Notes: generated by a model from the letters alone, not told the origin. DNA of 64,000 bases from Patescibacteria group bacterium (GCA_038065095.1 JBBTRR010000006.1:20713-84712); one strand, 5' to 3'. Positions 9,563-19,092 are shown, counted from the stretch's first letter. Made by a program: numbers and translations.

Positions 9563-10804
9563 ATGTCTAAATACCGAGAAAGTATATTAAAAAATGGTTT
9601 AAAAATAATCACATCAACGAATGAAAGCGCTTCTGTCGCTATAGTTTCGTTATGGGTAAAAGTCGGTTCGCGACACGAAAAAAAAGGTCAATCGGGTTAT
9701 ACTCATTTTTTAGAACATCTTCTTTGTAAAAAAATAAGTAATCTCTATGGTGGAGATAGTAGAAAACAAATTGGTGCTTATACAAACGCCTTTACAAGCA
9801 GAGAAAACACTCGTTTTGTAATAGAAGTGCCAATAAAGTATGTAAATGACTCTATAAAAGTTTTAAGCTCAGTAATAAGTGATTTTGAAATAAATACTGA
9901 AAATTTTGAAATAAATAAAAAGATTATTATAGAAGAAACACTGGGGGACGAAAATAAACCAATTAGAAAGTTTAATCATTTAACATTAAAGAAATTTTTT
10001 GGCGAACATCCACTTTCTCAAGATCCAATCGGATCTATAGACATAATTAAAAGCTCAACAGTAGAGCAATTAAGAGAATATCAGCACAATTACTTTGTTC
10101 CGGAAAACAGTGCTGTTATAATCATAAGTAATTTACAACATGAACAAATACTAAAAGAAGTAGAAAAATACTTCAAATTATGGGCCAACATTCAAACAAG
10201 AGAAAAAGAGGTACTTGTACCAGTTCACGATAGCAACGAAAATTATTTATATGTACCGACCCAGACAGAACAAACAAGAATAATATTAAATTTTCACTCT
10301 CCGGGAGGACTAAGCCCACAAGAAGAAGCCTCCCTTGTAGTTATAGGTAATTATCTAGGTTTTGGAGTAAAAAGCTTTTTATCTGAAAAATTAAGACATG
10401 CAACAGGATTAGTTTATACAGTAAACACTTTCAATGTCAGATATACGGACGCTGGAATTTTTCAAATACAAACAGCTTCTTCTGATCCAATAAAAACAGT
10501 TAAGATAATATTTGATTTAATTAACAATTTTTTACAAAATATATCTCCACAAGAAATAGAAGAAACTAAAGAAAAAATATATAATATTTCTGAACGTTTT
10601 TATGCAGATCCAAAAAATGAACTGGGATTTTTAGGAGAAGGATTTATTTTATTTAGTAAATTATTTGAACCAGAAGATTATAAAAAATTGATTAAAGAAA
10701 CCACCTTTGAAAAAATAACAGCTACAGGTAAAAAATACCTTAAAAAAGAAAACAGCTTACTAGCAATAATGGGACCAATTAACATAAAAGAAAGCATAAA
10801 TTAA
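9563..10804 (+). CDS. M16 family zinc peptidase (pitrilysin-like)
   Basis: Inverted zinc motif HFLEH (HxxEH). 413 aa. Confidence 0.75.
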   Translation: MSKYRESILKNGLKIITSTNESASVAIVSLWVKVGSRHEKKGQSGYTHFLEHLLCKKISNLYGGDSRKQIGAYTNAFTSRENTRFVIEVPIKYVNDSIKVLSSVISDFEINTENFEINKKIIIEETLGDENKPIRKFNHLTLKKFFGEHPLSQDPIGSIDIIKSSTVEQLREYQHNYFVPENSAVIIISNLQHEQILKEVEKYFKLWANIQTREKEVLVPVHDSNENYLYVPTQTEQTRIILNFHSPGGLSPQEEASLVVIGNYLGFGVKSFLSEKLRHATGLVYTVNTFNVRYTDAGIFQIQTASSDPIKTVKIIFDLINNFLQNISPQEIEETKEKIYNISERFYADPKNELGFLGEGFILFSKLFEPEDYKKLIKETTFEKITATGKKYLKKENSLLAIMGPINIKESIN

Positions 10805-10882
10805 CGTAACCGTTGACCTATCTACAATTAGGTGGTAAGAATACTCACAATAGAACATTGACAATTAAAAGGAGGTTATGGA

Positions 10883-11470
10883 ATGGATAATTCAGGATTA
10901 GAAACAAAACGTATAATCCTCAAACCAATAGAAGAAGCAGATTATTCTATACTATATAAGTGGAGAAATGAGTTTAGGTTTCTTTCTCTATTTTCTGCAA
11001 AAAGGGAAACCATTAGTTTGGGAGATTTTACAAAAGAAATAAAAAGAGAATTTGAACGCAATAGACACCTGCAATTCATCATCCGACGGAAAGATAAAGA
11101 TATTCCGATCGGTACTATGTTTTCTTTCAATTTTAATCCAATAGACGGTTATGTCTTTGTAAACGTATATATTGATTCTGAAGAAGAAAACAAGGGATAT
11201 GGAGTTGAAGCGATAGTATTATTTGTTCATTATCTTTTTATATTTTTACCAATAAGAAAGGTTTGTTTTGAAATATTCTCTTATAACAACCTCTCTCTTT
11301 CAACGATGCAAAACGGATCAAAATATGGCTTCTGCGAAGAAGGTAGGTTTAGAGAACATAGATTTTTTAACGGTAATTATTATGACGTATTTCGTTTTGC
11401 AATTCATAGAAATTCAATTGATAAAATTACTAAAATTTTACAACGTCTTAGAAAAAAACAATATGCTTGA
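10883..11470 (+). CDS. GNAT family N-acetyltransferase (RimJ/RimL-like)
   Basis: RimL-like N-terminus LKPIEEADYSILYKWRNE. Strong SD AAGGAGG upstream. Confidence 0.6.
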   Translation: MDNSGLETKRIILKPIEEADYSILYKWRNEFRFLSLFSAKRETISLGDFTKEIKREFERNRHLQFIIRRKDKDIPIGTMFSFNFNPIDGYVFVNVYIDSEEENKGYGVEAIVLFVHYLFIFLPIRKVCFEIFSYNNLSLSTMQNGSKYGFCEEGRFREHRFFNGNYYDVFRFAIHRNSIDKITKILQRLRKKQYA

Positions 11471-11482
11471 CAATCCTTTTAG

Positions 11483-11752
11483 ACAGAGATAATCTACTTA
11501 TTAGCACATTTTCAAATCGAAATACCACCAAGCATATCTGTGGCCGTCGCTGTACAGAAACTAAAGCAAGAATCAAGCAAAGTTCTAAAGAGTAAATTTA
11601 ACTTCATTCAAAACATGTATATAGACGGCCACATCTGGAGTGTGGGGTATTTCTCCTCGACCATTGGTTTAAACGAGGATCAGATAAAGAAATATATAGA
11701 ATACCAAAACAAGAAAGACTTACCCATACAACCTGAGTGTGAATTCTCATGA
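11483..11752 (+). pseudogene. tnpA: IS200/IS605-family TnpA (HUH Y1 transposase) C-terminal remnant
   Basis: HFQIEIPPSISV...KLKQESSKVLK...GHIWSVGYFSSTIG...IKKYIEYQ matches HVHLLVEIPPKISVS...YLKGKSS...HFWARGYFVSTVG...IKEYIQNQ. The N-terminal roughly 45 aa are missing and the frame opens just after a stop. Confidence 0.75.
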
Positions 11753-11760
11753 GACCAAAG

Positions 11761-11800
11761 AAAACCCCGCACAGAGTGCGGGGAGGAGGTCATTTATTTT
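11761..11800. terminator. bidirectional intrinsic terminator between convergent genes
   Basis: ccccgcac-aga-gtgcgggg hairpin flanked by A-run and T-run. Confidence 0.6.
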
Positions 11801-12312
11801 TTAAATAAAAACTCTTGAATAGAATGTGTATGTTCTCCTAATGGGGGGTGACTATCTTTTTCATCGTATTCGTTATAGGTTATCAGATTAAGAGGACTAA
11901 CACATTTTTCCATTTCCTCTTTAGAGAAAAAAACAGATCTATCTGGTAAAGAAAATATTTTATCTTTTTCTCCAAAAGAAGTTATCACTAAAAAACCGTT
12001 ATTATTTAAAGATTTTATAATATTTGGAAAAAGAGAATGAATAATGAAATTTTTGTCTAAAAAATGCAAAACAAATTTTATTATAATTAAATCGTATTTA
12101 TTATTGAAGTTAAAATCTTCTATTTTTGTTTGAATAGCATTAATACGTGGGTGATCTTTAAGATACGATGGAACTTCTTTTTTATCTACCCAATCTACAT
12201 CCGCACCAAAACTAGCACAGTATAAAGCCTCGGTAGCATGTCCAGCACCTAAATCTAAAACTTTTTTGATACTGTTTTCTGTTAAAATTTTATGTAAATA
12301 AGAAACAATCAT
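11794..12312 (-). CDS. TehB-like SAM-dependent methyltransferase
   Basis: VLDLGAGHATEALYCASFGADVDWVD resembles TehB VLDLGCGNGRNSLYLA..GYDVTAWD. Confidence 0.65.
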   Translation of the reverse strand: MIVSYLHKILTENSIKKVLDLGAGHATEALYCASFGADVDWVDKKEVPSYLKDHPRINAIQTKIEDFNFNNKYDLIIIKFVLHFLDKNFIIHSLFPNIIKSLNNNGFLVITSFGEKDKIFSLPDRSVFFSKEEMEKCVSPLNLITYNEYDEKDSHPPLGEHTHSIQEFLFKK

Positions 12313-12372
12313 AAAAATATGATATTTAATAAAAACGGAAGAGGGTTATTTTTCCTCTTCCGAACAAGTATA

Positions 12373-12654
12373 TTAATCTCGACCCGAAGGATTGTCATTA
12401 CAGCTCCAATTACTGCCTTCTCGAGCATCTGAATCGGAACCGCTTCGCCCTTGACTGTCTTCATCTATACCTTTCCAATATTCTTCCTGCATATCCTTCT
12501 CATATTCTCCGTAGCCATCACTTACAGCGTCTTCTACTGTAGTATATTCGTTACCACTACCAGCCGCATCCTCTGCTGTAACATATTCACTCTCATCGTT
12601 ATCTCCACCGCCAAAATAAGCCATATCATCCTTCCTTTCTTGGCTTAAAGCCAA
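12373..12654 (-). CDS. acidic low-complexity (disordered) protein
   Basis: 93 aa rich in D/E/G/S. Good SD AAGGAAGGA. Locally GC-richer than surroundings. Confidence 0.4.
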   Translation of the reverse strand: MALSQERKDDMAYFGGGDNDESEYVTAEDAAGSGNEYTTVEDAVSDGYGEYEKDMQEEYWKGIDEDSQGRSGSDSDAREGSNWSCNDNPSGRD

Positions 12655-12771
12655 TTAATTAAAGAACCAAAAACTTAATCTATTATATCTAAAGTGTTGC
12701 ATTTCAAGGGACAAAATGTCAAATAGAGTGCTATTGCGCCTAATAATATTCTAATATATAATTAACATTCT

Positions 12772-13374
12772 GTGAGAATAGATCAATTAGATAGATTTAG
12801 ATCCTCCGACAGTAGAGAAGAATCTAGTAAAGAAGCTTTGGGAGAAAAAGATGAAAAAGTAAAAAAACCTGAAGCGAATCGGGAAAAAATAACTACAACA
12901 GAAATTGCGCTTTTTGCTGGCTTGCTTGGATTAAAAGCCTATGTGATTTATGATAACAAAAGAAAAGAAGTACAAGAAGCTGTTAATGAGGCTAAAAAAG
13001 ATTTTCAAACTCAACCGGCATCTGTAAAAGAAATAGCTGGCGGATTACTTATGAGGTTTGGCTCGTTAGCGCTCGAATATCAACGAGAACGACAAGAAGA
13101 AAAATTAAAAATAAAACAAAAAGTTTTAAGCTCTTTACAAAAAATAGCTACCGAAGAAGAACGAATTGATTTACTTAGAGATTATGAAAAATTACAAAAT
13201 GAAACTATAAACGAATCTTTGAGAAGTCCCCGAGAAAGAGCAGAAATGACCGAAGAAGAAAAAACAGAAATTAAAACATCAATAGATCCATTAGCACAAG
13301 CCAAACAACAAGCAAAACAAGAAGTTGCTGATTTTGTAAAGGGATTACTAGGTATATCAAGATCTAAAAAATAA
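12772..13374 (+). CDS. charged coiled-coil protein with one TM helix
   Basis: K/E-rich heptad-like sequence. TM segment ITTTEIALFAGLLGLKAYVIY. Confidence 0.4.
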   Translation: MRIDQLDRFRSSDSREESSKEALGEKDEKVKKPEANREKITTTEIALFAGLLGLKAYVIYDNKRKEVQEAVNEAKKDFQTQPASVKEIAGGLLMRFGSLALEYQRERQEEKLKIKQKVLSSLQKIATEEERIDLLRDYEKLQNETINESLRSPRERAEMTEEEKTEIKTSIDPLAQAKQQAKQEVADFVKGLLGISRSKK

Positions 13375-13388
13375 TAAGGAGGTAAAAA

Positions 13389-13646
13389 ATGGATGCTACT
13401 AATTTTTTAAAAGAAAAAGGGAAACTTAAAGAGCTTGCCAGAAAAACGGTATTATTTGGACTTTCGCCAAAAGAAAACCTAGAAGAGTTTGAAAAATTTG
13501 TTGATAGTTTGATCCAATGCCCAGGCTCAGAAAGGTGCATACAATTTTTTATTAATTTATTTGAGGAAGAAAAGCGCGAATTAGCCCCTTATATAGATAC
13601 CCTTAGAAAAGTCTGGCTAGATATTCATACTTCTACCCCTGAATAA
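13389..13646 (+). CDS. hypothetical small protein
   Basis: Strong SD AAGGAGGT 7 nt upstream. 85 aa. Confidence 0.45.
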   Translation: MDATNFLKEKGKLKELARKTVLFGLSPKENLEEFEKFVDSLIQCPGSERCIQFFINLFEEEKRELAPYIDTLRKVWLDIHTSTPE

Positions 13647-13665
13647 CTTAGTAAAAAATGATCCT

Positions 13666-13694
13666 ACGCCCGTGTAAAAAACGGGCGTTTTTTG
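13666..13694 (+). terminator. intrinsic terminator
   Basis: acgcccgt-gtaaaaa-acgggcgt then TTTTTTG. Confidence 0.75.
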
Positions 13695-13707
13695 TTATAA
13701 TTTAACT

Positions 13708-15285
13708 ATGTTAAGCCAACAAGCAGTAGAAAAAATACTTGGAATTGAAAATGCCACACTATTAGACCCTAAAGATATGGCAAAAAAGTTGGTTATTACT
13801 TTTTATCCCCATGAAAAACATAAAGTAAGCGAAAATATACTTAGTTTTGCGAATAAATTTAAAGAGGCTCTCAAAAATATAGGGGTTACAATAATACCTT
13901 ACGAAGAATCGTTAGTTGAAGTACCTATAAAAAGAAAGCTAAAAATATTATTTTATTCAATAATAGGAAAGATTCCAAAAGGTCTCAAGAAGGGGAAAAA
14001 AATTAAAAGAGGTGTATCAGTTATAACCTTAGGAGAGGGTATCACCGGAGATTTAGCTATGGATAATACACTCGGATTCGCACAAAACAGCGTAATCACA
14101 ATCTTAGATATGCCAGAGGGGATAGGCCACGATACAGAGTTCCATGAACACTTTAATACGGCTATGAATTTATTTGCATACCATATGACAAATATAGCTA
14201 TTGTTATAGATAAGGAAAAATGGATACCTTATAACTTTAATGCCTCTCATCCAATTTATTTAATAGATGAAAATTTAGAAAAAAATATATTAAAAGGCGT
14301 TATACCAAAAATCGCAGCTCCGATAAAGCCTCCTAAACTAAGTGAATTTAAAATTCTTAAGGAAAAATTTGACCCATTTGATAAAGAGCACAAACACATA
14401 ACAGACGACTTTACTGAAAGCGGTTCCATGTTAGAAAAAACAAATTTATATCCCCCTGGTAAATTATTAGACTCACTACCATTTAGAAATGATTTCTATA
14501 AATGGATAGGTAAAATTCATTTAGACCATAGAAACGGAATGAGTTATGGGTTTTTAGCAAGACAACTGCCTACAAAGTTAGGTAGCGTTTATGACAGTAT
14601 AAGTTTTAAAAATAAATTTTCTAAAAACATAGAAAATTTTAATGATTTTTTTAGTCATGATAACGAAAATTATATAATTATTGATACAGCTAAAGGTAAA
14701 ATATGTATACAAATAACCCCAATTTGGGTGCTGGCACAGAAATCAGGTTCAAAAAAAACAAACATAAATCCTGAAAGAGATTTGATTAAAATAGGGTTGG
14801 TTGAGGGAAAAATGCTGATCCAAATACCAAAAAGACTCAAGATTACCCCAGATTACAAGCCTTCTTTTGATACAAAAGTAATATTGGCCCACGCAATAGG
14901 TAATGCAATTATAGCTTCCTTGATAAGACATTTTGATCCAAACTCAAAATTTGTAGATAACGTAGAAGAAAGAGGATTGGCTATAGCTCACTGGCATGGA
15001 TATATAAATCCAGAAATGATACCTGACGGCTGGAGTGTATATGGTGAAAATAATGTCCCTGTTTCTTGTTCAACTCCTCAATCTGCTATATTCGCACTAT
15101 CTGGTAAATTAAATAAGTTTTTAGAGATTTTCAATAACAATAAAAAATATCGGGGAGATATTCATATAGAACCTCATCACGGAAACAATATATGTTTTGA
15201 TTCCTTAAAAGAACTTGGTCAGTTTTTAAGCAAAGAAAATACTTCTAGATTAGGAAATCATTTTTTAAATTTTTATAAACAATAA
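13708..15285 (+). CDS. large hypothetical protein (no recognisable domain)
   Basis: 525-aa ORF with its own terminator upstream. The histidine kinase starts 15 nt after its stop. Confidence 0.5.
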   Translation: MLSQQAVEKILGIENATLLDPKDMAKKLVITFYPHEKHKVSENILSFANKFKEALKNIGVTIIPYEESLVEVPIKRKLKILFYSIIGKIPKGLKKGKKIKRGVSVITLGEGITGDLAMDNTLGFAQNSVITILDMPEGIGHDTEFHEHFNTAMNLFAYHMTNIAIVIDKEKWIPYNFNASHPIYLIDENLEKNILKGVIPKIAAPIKPPKLSEFKILKEKFDPFDKEHKHITDDFTESGSMLEKTNLYPPGKLLDSLPFRNDFYKWIGKIHLDHRNGMSYGFLARQLPTKLGSVYDSISFKNKFSKNIENFNDFFSHDNENYIIIDTAKGKICIQITPIWVLAQKSGSKKTNINPERDLIKIGLVEGKMLIQIPKRLKITPDYKPSFDTKVILAHAIGNAIIASLIRHFDPNSKFVDNVEERGLAIAHWHGYINPEMIPDGWSVYGENNVPVSCSTPQSAIFALSGKLNKFLEIFNNNKKYRGDIHIEPHHGNNICFDSLKELGQFLSKENTSRLGNHFLNFYKQ

Positions 15286-15299
15286 AAAAACTTACATAA

Positions 15300-16964
15300 A
15301 TGGGGTTTTTATTTAGCAACTACTATCAGGTAACTCTTTTTATTGGGGGAGTCATCGCTTTAATATCAAGTCTTACTGTTTATTACGACGGCCCAAAAAA
15401 AGCCGAAAATATTGGGTGGTTTTTATCTAACTTTTTTGCAGCAATTTGGAGTTTTGGTTATCTGCTTATGATCTCAACCAAAAACTATGAGCAGGCCTAC
15501 CTTAGCAATATAGTTCTTCATTGGGCCGCCATATTTATACCATTATTTTATTTTTTCTTTGCTTTAGCTATAACAAATACCTATGAAAAATATAAAAATG
15601 TATTTTATTTATATTCTGTAATGGGAATAGTTTTAGAAATTCTAAATCCTTCTAGAAATTTTGTAACAGATGTTTTCCCAAAATATATATTTAATTTTGC
15701 TCCCAATGCTGGGTATTTGTATAAATATTTCACAATATATTTTTTTGCAGTAGTAATATCAGCTTTATTAATAATATATAGAAGCTTAAAAGACCCTAGT
15801 AATTCTGAGAAGATAGATAAACTAAGAATAAAGTATATTTTTATTGCATCGGTATTTGGCTTCGCTGGAGGTAGTAGTGTATTTTTGTTAACTTTCAATA
15901 TTCCGATTCCACCTTATAGCTTAGCTCTCTTTTCTCTCTACCCAATAGTAATAACCTTTGCAATACTTAAGCATCATCTATTTAACGTGCGAGTGATTGC
16001 TACAGAACTTTTTATATTTTCTTTATGGATGTTCATAATTATAAAAATTCTATTTTCACAAGATATTACTGAAAGAATTTCTAACATTATACTTCTGGCC
16101 ATTACAATAGCTGTTGGAATTTTACTAATCAAAAGTGTATGGAAAGAAGTTAGAAACAGAGAAAAATTAGAAAAAATGAGTATTCAGTTGGCAGTGGCTA
16201 ATGATGAATTAAAAAGAGTTGACGCGGCTAAATCAGAATTTCTTTCTATAGTTTCGCATCAATTGCGAACCCCGCTGACTGCCATTAAGGGTTATATTTC
16301 TATGATGATAGAAGGCACCTACGGCAAGCTAGAAGAAATTCAAAATGGAACTTTGGAAAAAGTTTTTCAATCGGCTGAACGTTTAATAGTTTTAGTAAAC
16401 GATCTTTTAAACTTAAACCGCATAGAAGACGGCCGAATAATTTATACATTTGCTCCAGTAGATATAGCTCAAATGATAGACGATGCAATTTTTGATCTTA
16501 AATCTATGGCGGAAAATAAGGGTTTAAAACTTGCTTGGATAAAACCGCACGGCTTACCGATGGCTTGGGCTGATGCCGATAAAATCCGACAAGTTGTTAT
16601 TAACTTTATAGATAATTCTATAAAATATACTGCTTCAGGCAATGTAAACGTTAGCTTACGCTTAGAAAATGATTATTTGGTTTATGCTGTAAAAGATACT
16701 GGTGTTGGTATGACTCCAGAAGGTAAAAGTAGGTTATTTAGAAAATTTGAACGCGGAGAGGGTGGGCGATTGATGTATACCGAAGGCACGGGTTTAGGTT
16801 TGTATGTGGCTAAACTTATGACCGAGGCTCACAAAGGCACCGTCAGCGGAGAATCGGAAGGTAAAGACAAGGGCAGTACATTTAGCATCAGAATTCCAAC
16901 CGAAGAATACGCCAAGAAAAATAACGTCAACCAGCAACCCATTGAACCTATAAAACCAGCGTAA
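15300..16964 (+). CDS. sensor histidine kinase with N-terminal polytopic membrane sensor
   Basis: About 7 TM helices. HisKA H-box SIVSHQLRTPLTAIKGY. HATPase_c N/G boxes (IDNSIKYT, DTGVGM, GTGLGL). Confidence 0.85.
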   Translation: MGFLFSNYYQVTLFIGGVIALISSLTVYYDGPKKAENIGWFLSNFFAAIWSFGYLLMISTKNYEQAYLSNIVLHWAAIFIPLFYFFFALAITNTYEKYKNVFYLYSVMGIVLEILNPSRNFVTDVFPKYIFNFAPNAGYLYKYFTIYFFAVVISALLIIYRSLKDPSNSEKIDKLRIKYIFIASVFGFAGGSSVFLLTFNIPIPPYSLALFSLYPIVITFAILKHHLFNVRVIATELFIFSLWMFIIIKILFSQDITERISNIILLAITIAVGILLIKSVWKEVRNREKLEKMSIQLAVANDELKRVDAAKSEFLSIVSHQLRTPLTAIKGYISMMIEGTYGKLEEIQNGTLEKVFQSAERLIVLVNDLLNLNRIEDGRIIYTFAPVDIAQMIDDAIFDLKSMAENKGLKLAWIKPHGLPMAWADADKIRQVVINFIDNSIKYTASGNVNVSLRLENDYLVYAVKDTGVGMTPEGKSRLFRKFERGEGGRLMYTEGTGLGLYVAKLMTEAHKGTVSGESEGKDKGSTFSIRIPTEEYAKKNNVNQQPIEPIKPA

Positions 16965-16990
16965 CCCTTAATTAAATAAACCTAAACATT

Positions 16991-17695
16991 ATGAAAGAAA
17001 ACTTTGATAAGATAGCAGAAGTTGATCAAGAAAATTTAATGGTCAACAAAGTAGTTGAAGACTTTAATAAAATAGAAATACCATTAAAAATTAGAAAAAT
17101 AAAGCTTTTAGAGACAATGGAATTGCCTATTTCAAAAATTGACTTTATCAAAAAAGAAGATGCAGATAGCTTAGAAAGTATGATATTGAAAAAATTTGAA
17201 TACCAAGATTACCCCTTAATAATAAGATTTGCCTGCATACCAGACAAATTTTCTATGCCTTCTTTTTATATTGAAAAAGAAATGGATGGTGAAGAAAAAA
17301 GAGCAATAATAGAGAAGATCAATTCTTTAACTAAAGATGATATGTCCATCAAGTATCTAATCATACAAGATGCGACACCTGTTGAAAGTGCGAAAGATAA
17401 AATATCGGGAAGAATCTCATTTGAAAAAGAAGAATTAATGCCGGTACAGGAAATACTAGAAATATATAAAGGAGCACGAAGTACTGGAATATTAAACAAT
17501 GTTGATATTAATGATCCTAATTTTCAAAGATTTACTAAAAAAGCAGGTGAGTTTATGAAACCAACCAAGAAACTAGATACTGATTCATTAATAAAAGAGA
17601 GTGAGGTTAGAGAAATTTACAGCTTCTTAAACATATACCAAGAAAAAATAGAAACTATTACAGACATAATAGCAAAAAGCCAAAATAACAAATAA
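16991..17695 (+). CDS. hypothetical protein
   Basis: 234 aa, acidic/lysine-rich. No motif recognised. Confidence 0.4.
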   Translation: MKENFDKIAEVDQENLMVNKVVEDFNKIEIPLKIRKIKLLETMELPISKIDFIKKEDADSLESMILKKFEYQDYPLIIRFACIPDKFSMPSFYIEKEMDGEEKRAIIEKINSLTKDDMSIKYLIIQDATPVESAKDKISGRISFEKEELMPVQEILEIYKGARSTGILNNVDINDPNFQRFTKKAGEFMKPTKKLDTDSLIKESEVREIYSFLNIYQEKIETITDIIAKSQNNK

Positions 17696-17720
17696 AAGTT
17701 ACAATGTCAAATATAAACAC

Positions 17721-18128
17721 ATGAACCAACAAATTCAAAAAACAACAGTTAAAGGAACACTAAAAAGGGACGATAAAATCCTTTTTGTTAAGGATACTAA
17801 AGGTATATGGGAACTACCCGGTGGCAGAATAGATTTTGGTGAAAATCCAGAAGAAACTTTAAAAAGAGAATTTAAAGAAGAGCTTGGATGGGATAATGTA
17901 AAGGTTGGCAACACTATTAACGCTTGGAGTTTTACTTCACAAAAAGAAGATGTAGATTACCAATTTATAGTTTTAGTATACGAATGTTTTTCTGAAGAAA
18001 AATATATTAAATATAGCGATGAACATATCGAATACAAGTGGATACCTATATCTGGTGTTAATGAATTAAACATGAGAGATGGCTATAAAAACTCTGTGAG
18101 AAAATTCTTGTCTGGTTTGGACAAGTAA
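17721..18128 (+). CDS. NUDIX hydrolase
   Basis: Nudix box GGRIDFGENPEETLKREFKEELG. Confidence 0.85.
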   Translation: MNQQIQKTTVKGTLKRDDKILFVKDTKGIWELPGGRIDFGENPEETLKREFKEELGWDNVKVGNTINAWSFTSQKEDVDYQFIVLVYECFSEEKYIKYSDEHIEYKWIPISGVNELNMRDGYKNSVRKFLSGLDK

Positions 18129-18197
18129 ATTAAAGATCACCCCAATAACCGAACTTCGTCACGGTGAAAGAAGAGGTAGTCTGAAGGCAAGGGTTTG

Positions 18198-18250
18198 GGC
18201 AGTACATTTAGCATCAGAATTCCAACCGAAGAATACGCCAAGAAAAATAA
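18198..18250 (+). repeat. 53-nt exact copy of the histidine-kinase 3' coding end (16872-16924)
   Basis: ggcagtacatttagcatcagaattccaaccgaagaatacgccaagaaaaataa is identical at both loci. Flanks are partly similar. Confidence 0.85.
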
Positions 18251-18309
18251 TATAAACCAGTAGAATCAACCAAGTCATCTTAACTGACACAAATGACAGA
18301 TAGTAAAAT

Positions 18310-18343
18310 AACATTCCAACATTCTCAAGAATGTCAGAATGTT
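18310..18343. promoter_or_regulatory. nested inverted repeat, candidate operator
   Basis: aacattc-ca-acattct-caag-aatgt-ca-gaatgtt, about 45 nt upstream of the next start codon. Confidence 0.35.
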
Positions 18344-18388
18344 TATATTGTGTTTTAATATCATAATGAAATTTTCCTTCAATAATTT

Positions 18389-18751
18389 ATGAGAAGTAAA
18401 CCTCGGGATTATCTAAATCTTTTAGTGGAAGTGGTAATTGATAGACCGTTTAATAGTTTACATCCTAAACACGGTTTCAAATATGAAACTAATTATGGAT
18501 TTATACCTAATACTATATCCGCAGACGGAGAAGAACTAGATGCTTATGTTTTAAAAGTAGAAAAACCTATAGAAAAATTTCGTGGTAAATGCATAGCCAT
18601 AATTCATCGTGTTAATGATAATGATGATAAATTAGTGGTAATTCCAGAAGATGTGGAAAATATATCCGACGAGGAAATTAAAAAATTAACCCATTTTCAA
18701 GAGCAATATTTTAAATCAATAATTATCAGAGACAATATGTTTGATAACTAA
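18389..18751 (+). CDS. inorganic-pyrophosphatase-like protein, short and divergent
   Basis: NYGFIPNTISADGEELDAYVL resembles Ppa NYGYIPHTLSLDGDPVDVLV. Only 120 aa, with the DGDP D/P changed to E/E. Confidence 0.5.
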   Translation: MRSKPRDYLNLLVEVVIDRPFNSLHPKHGFKYETNYGFIPNTISADGEELDAYVLKVEKPIEKFRGKCIAIIHRVNDNDDKLVVIPEDVENISDEEIKKLTHFQEQYFKSIIIRDNMFDN

Positions 18752-18772
18752 ATTAATATATTAAATAAAAAT

Positions 18773-18806
18773 ATCCCCACCGTGTTGCGGCTGGGGATTT
18801 GTTTTA
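18773..18806 (+). terminator. intrinsic terminator
   Basis: atcccca...tggggat stem then TTGTTTTA. Confidence 0.6.
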
Positions 18807-19092
18807 TCAACTTATTACTTCTAAGGAAAAAGGTTTTCTCTCTAGCTCAGCCTTGAGTTTTTTTCTGGCCCAAAAAAGCATAAAAGTTATTTGCGAATAT
18901 TACCTTTCTAGGTTCTGCCATTATTAATGACATCCAAAACCTCCTTTATTTTTATAAAAACAATTAATTTATAAAACTTATTCCTAAATTATCACTTTGA
19001 TTGAATTACGTCAAGTAAAGTTTTACCTTGTAAAAACCCTGTGTAAAAGGTTAAAATGGACACTATATAGATTCGATAAAAACTCACTATAA

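Noticed and set aside
11771-11789. 9-nt match (ggaggaggt) to the tRNA-Ser 3' end as a possible att repeat
   Set aside because: Too short and 27 kb away. It lies inside an ordinary terminator and is most likely coincidental.
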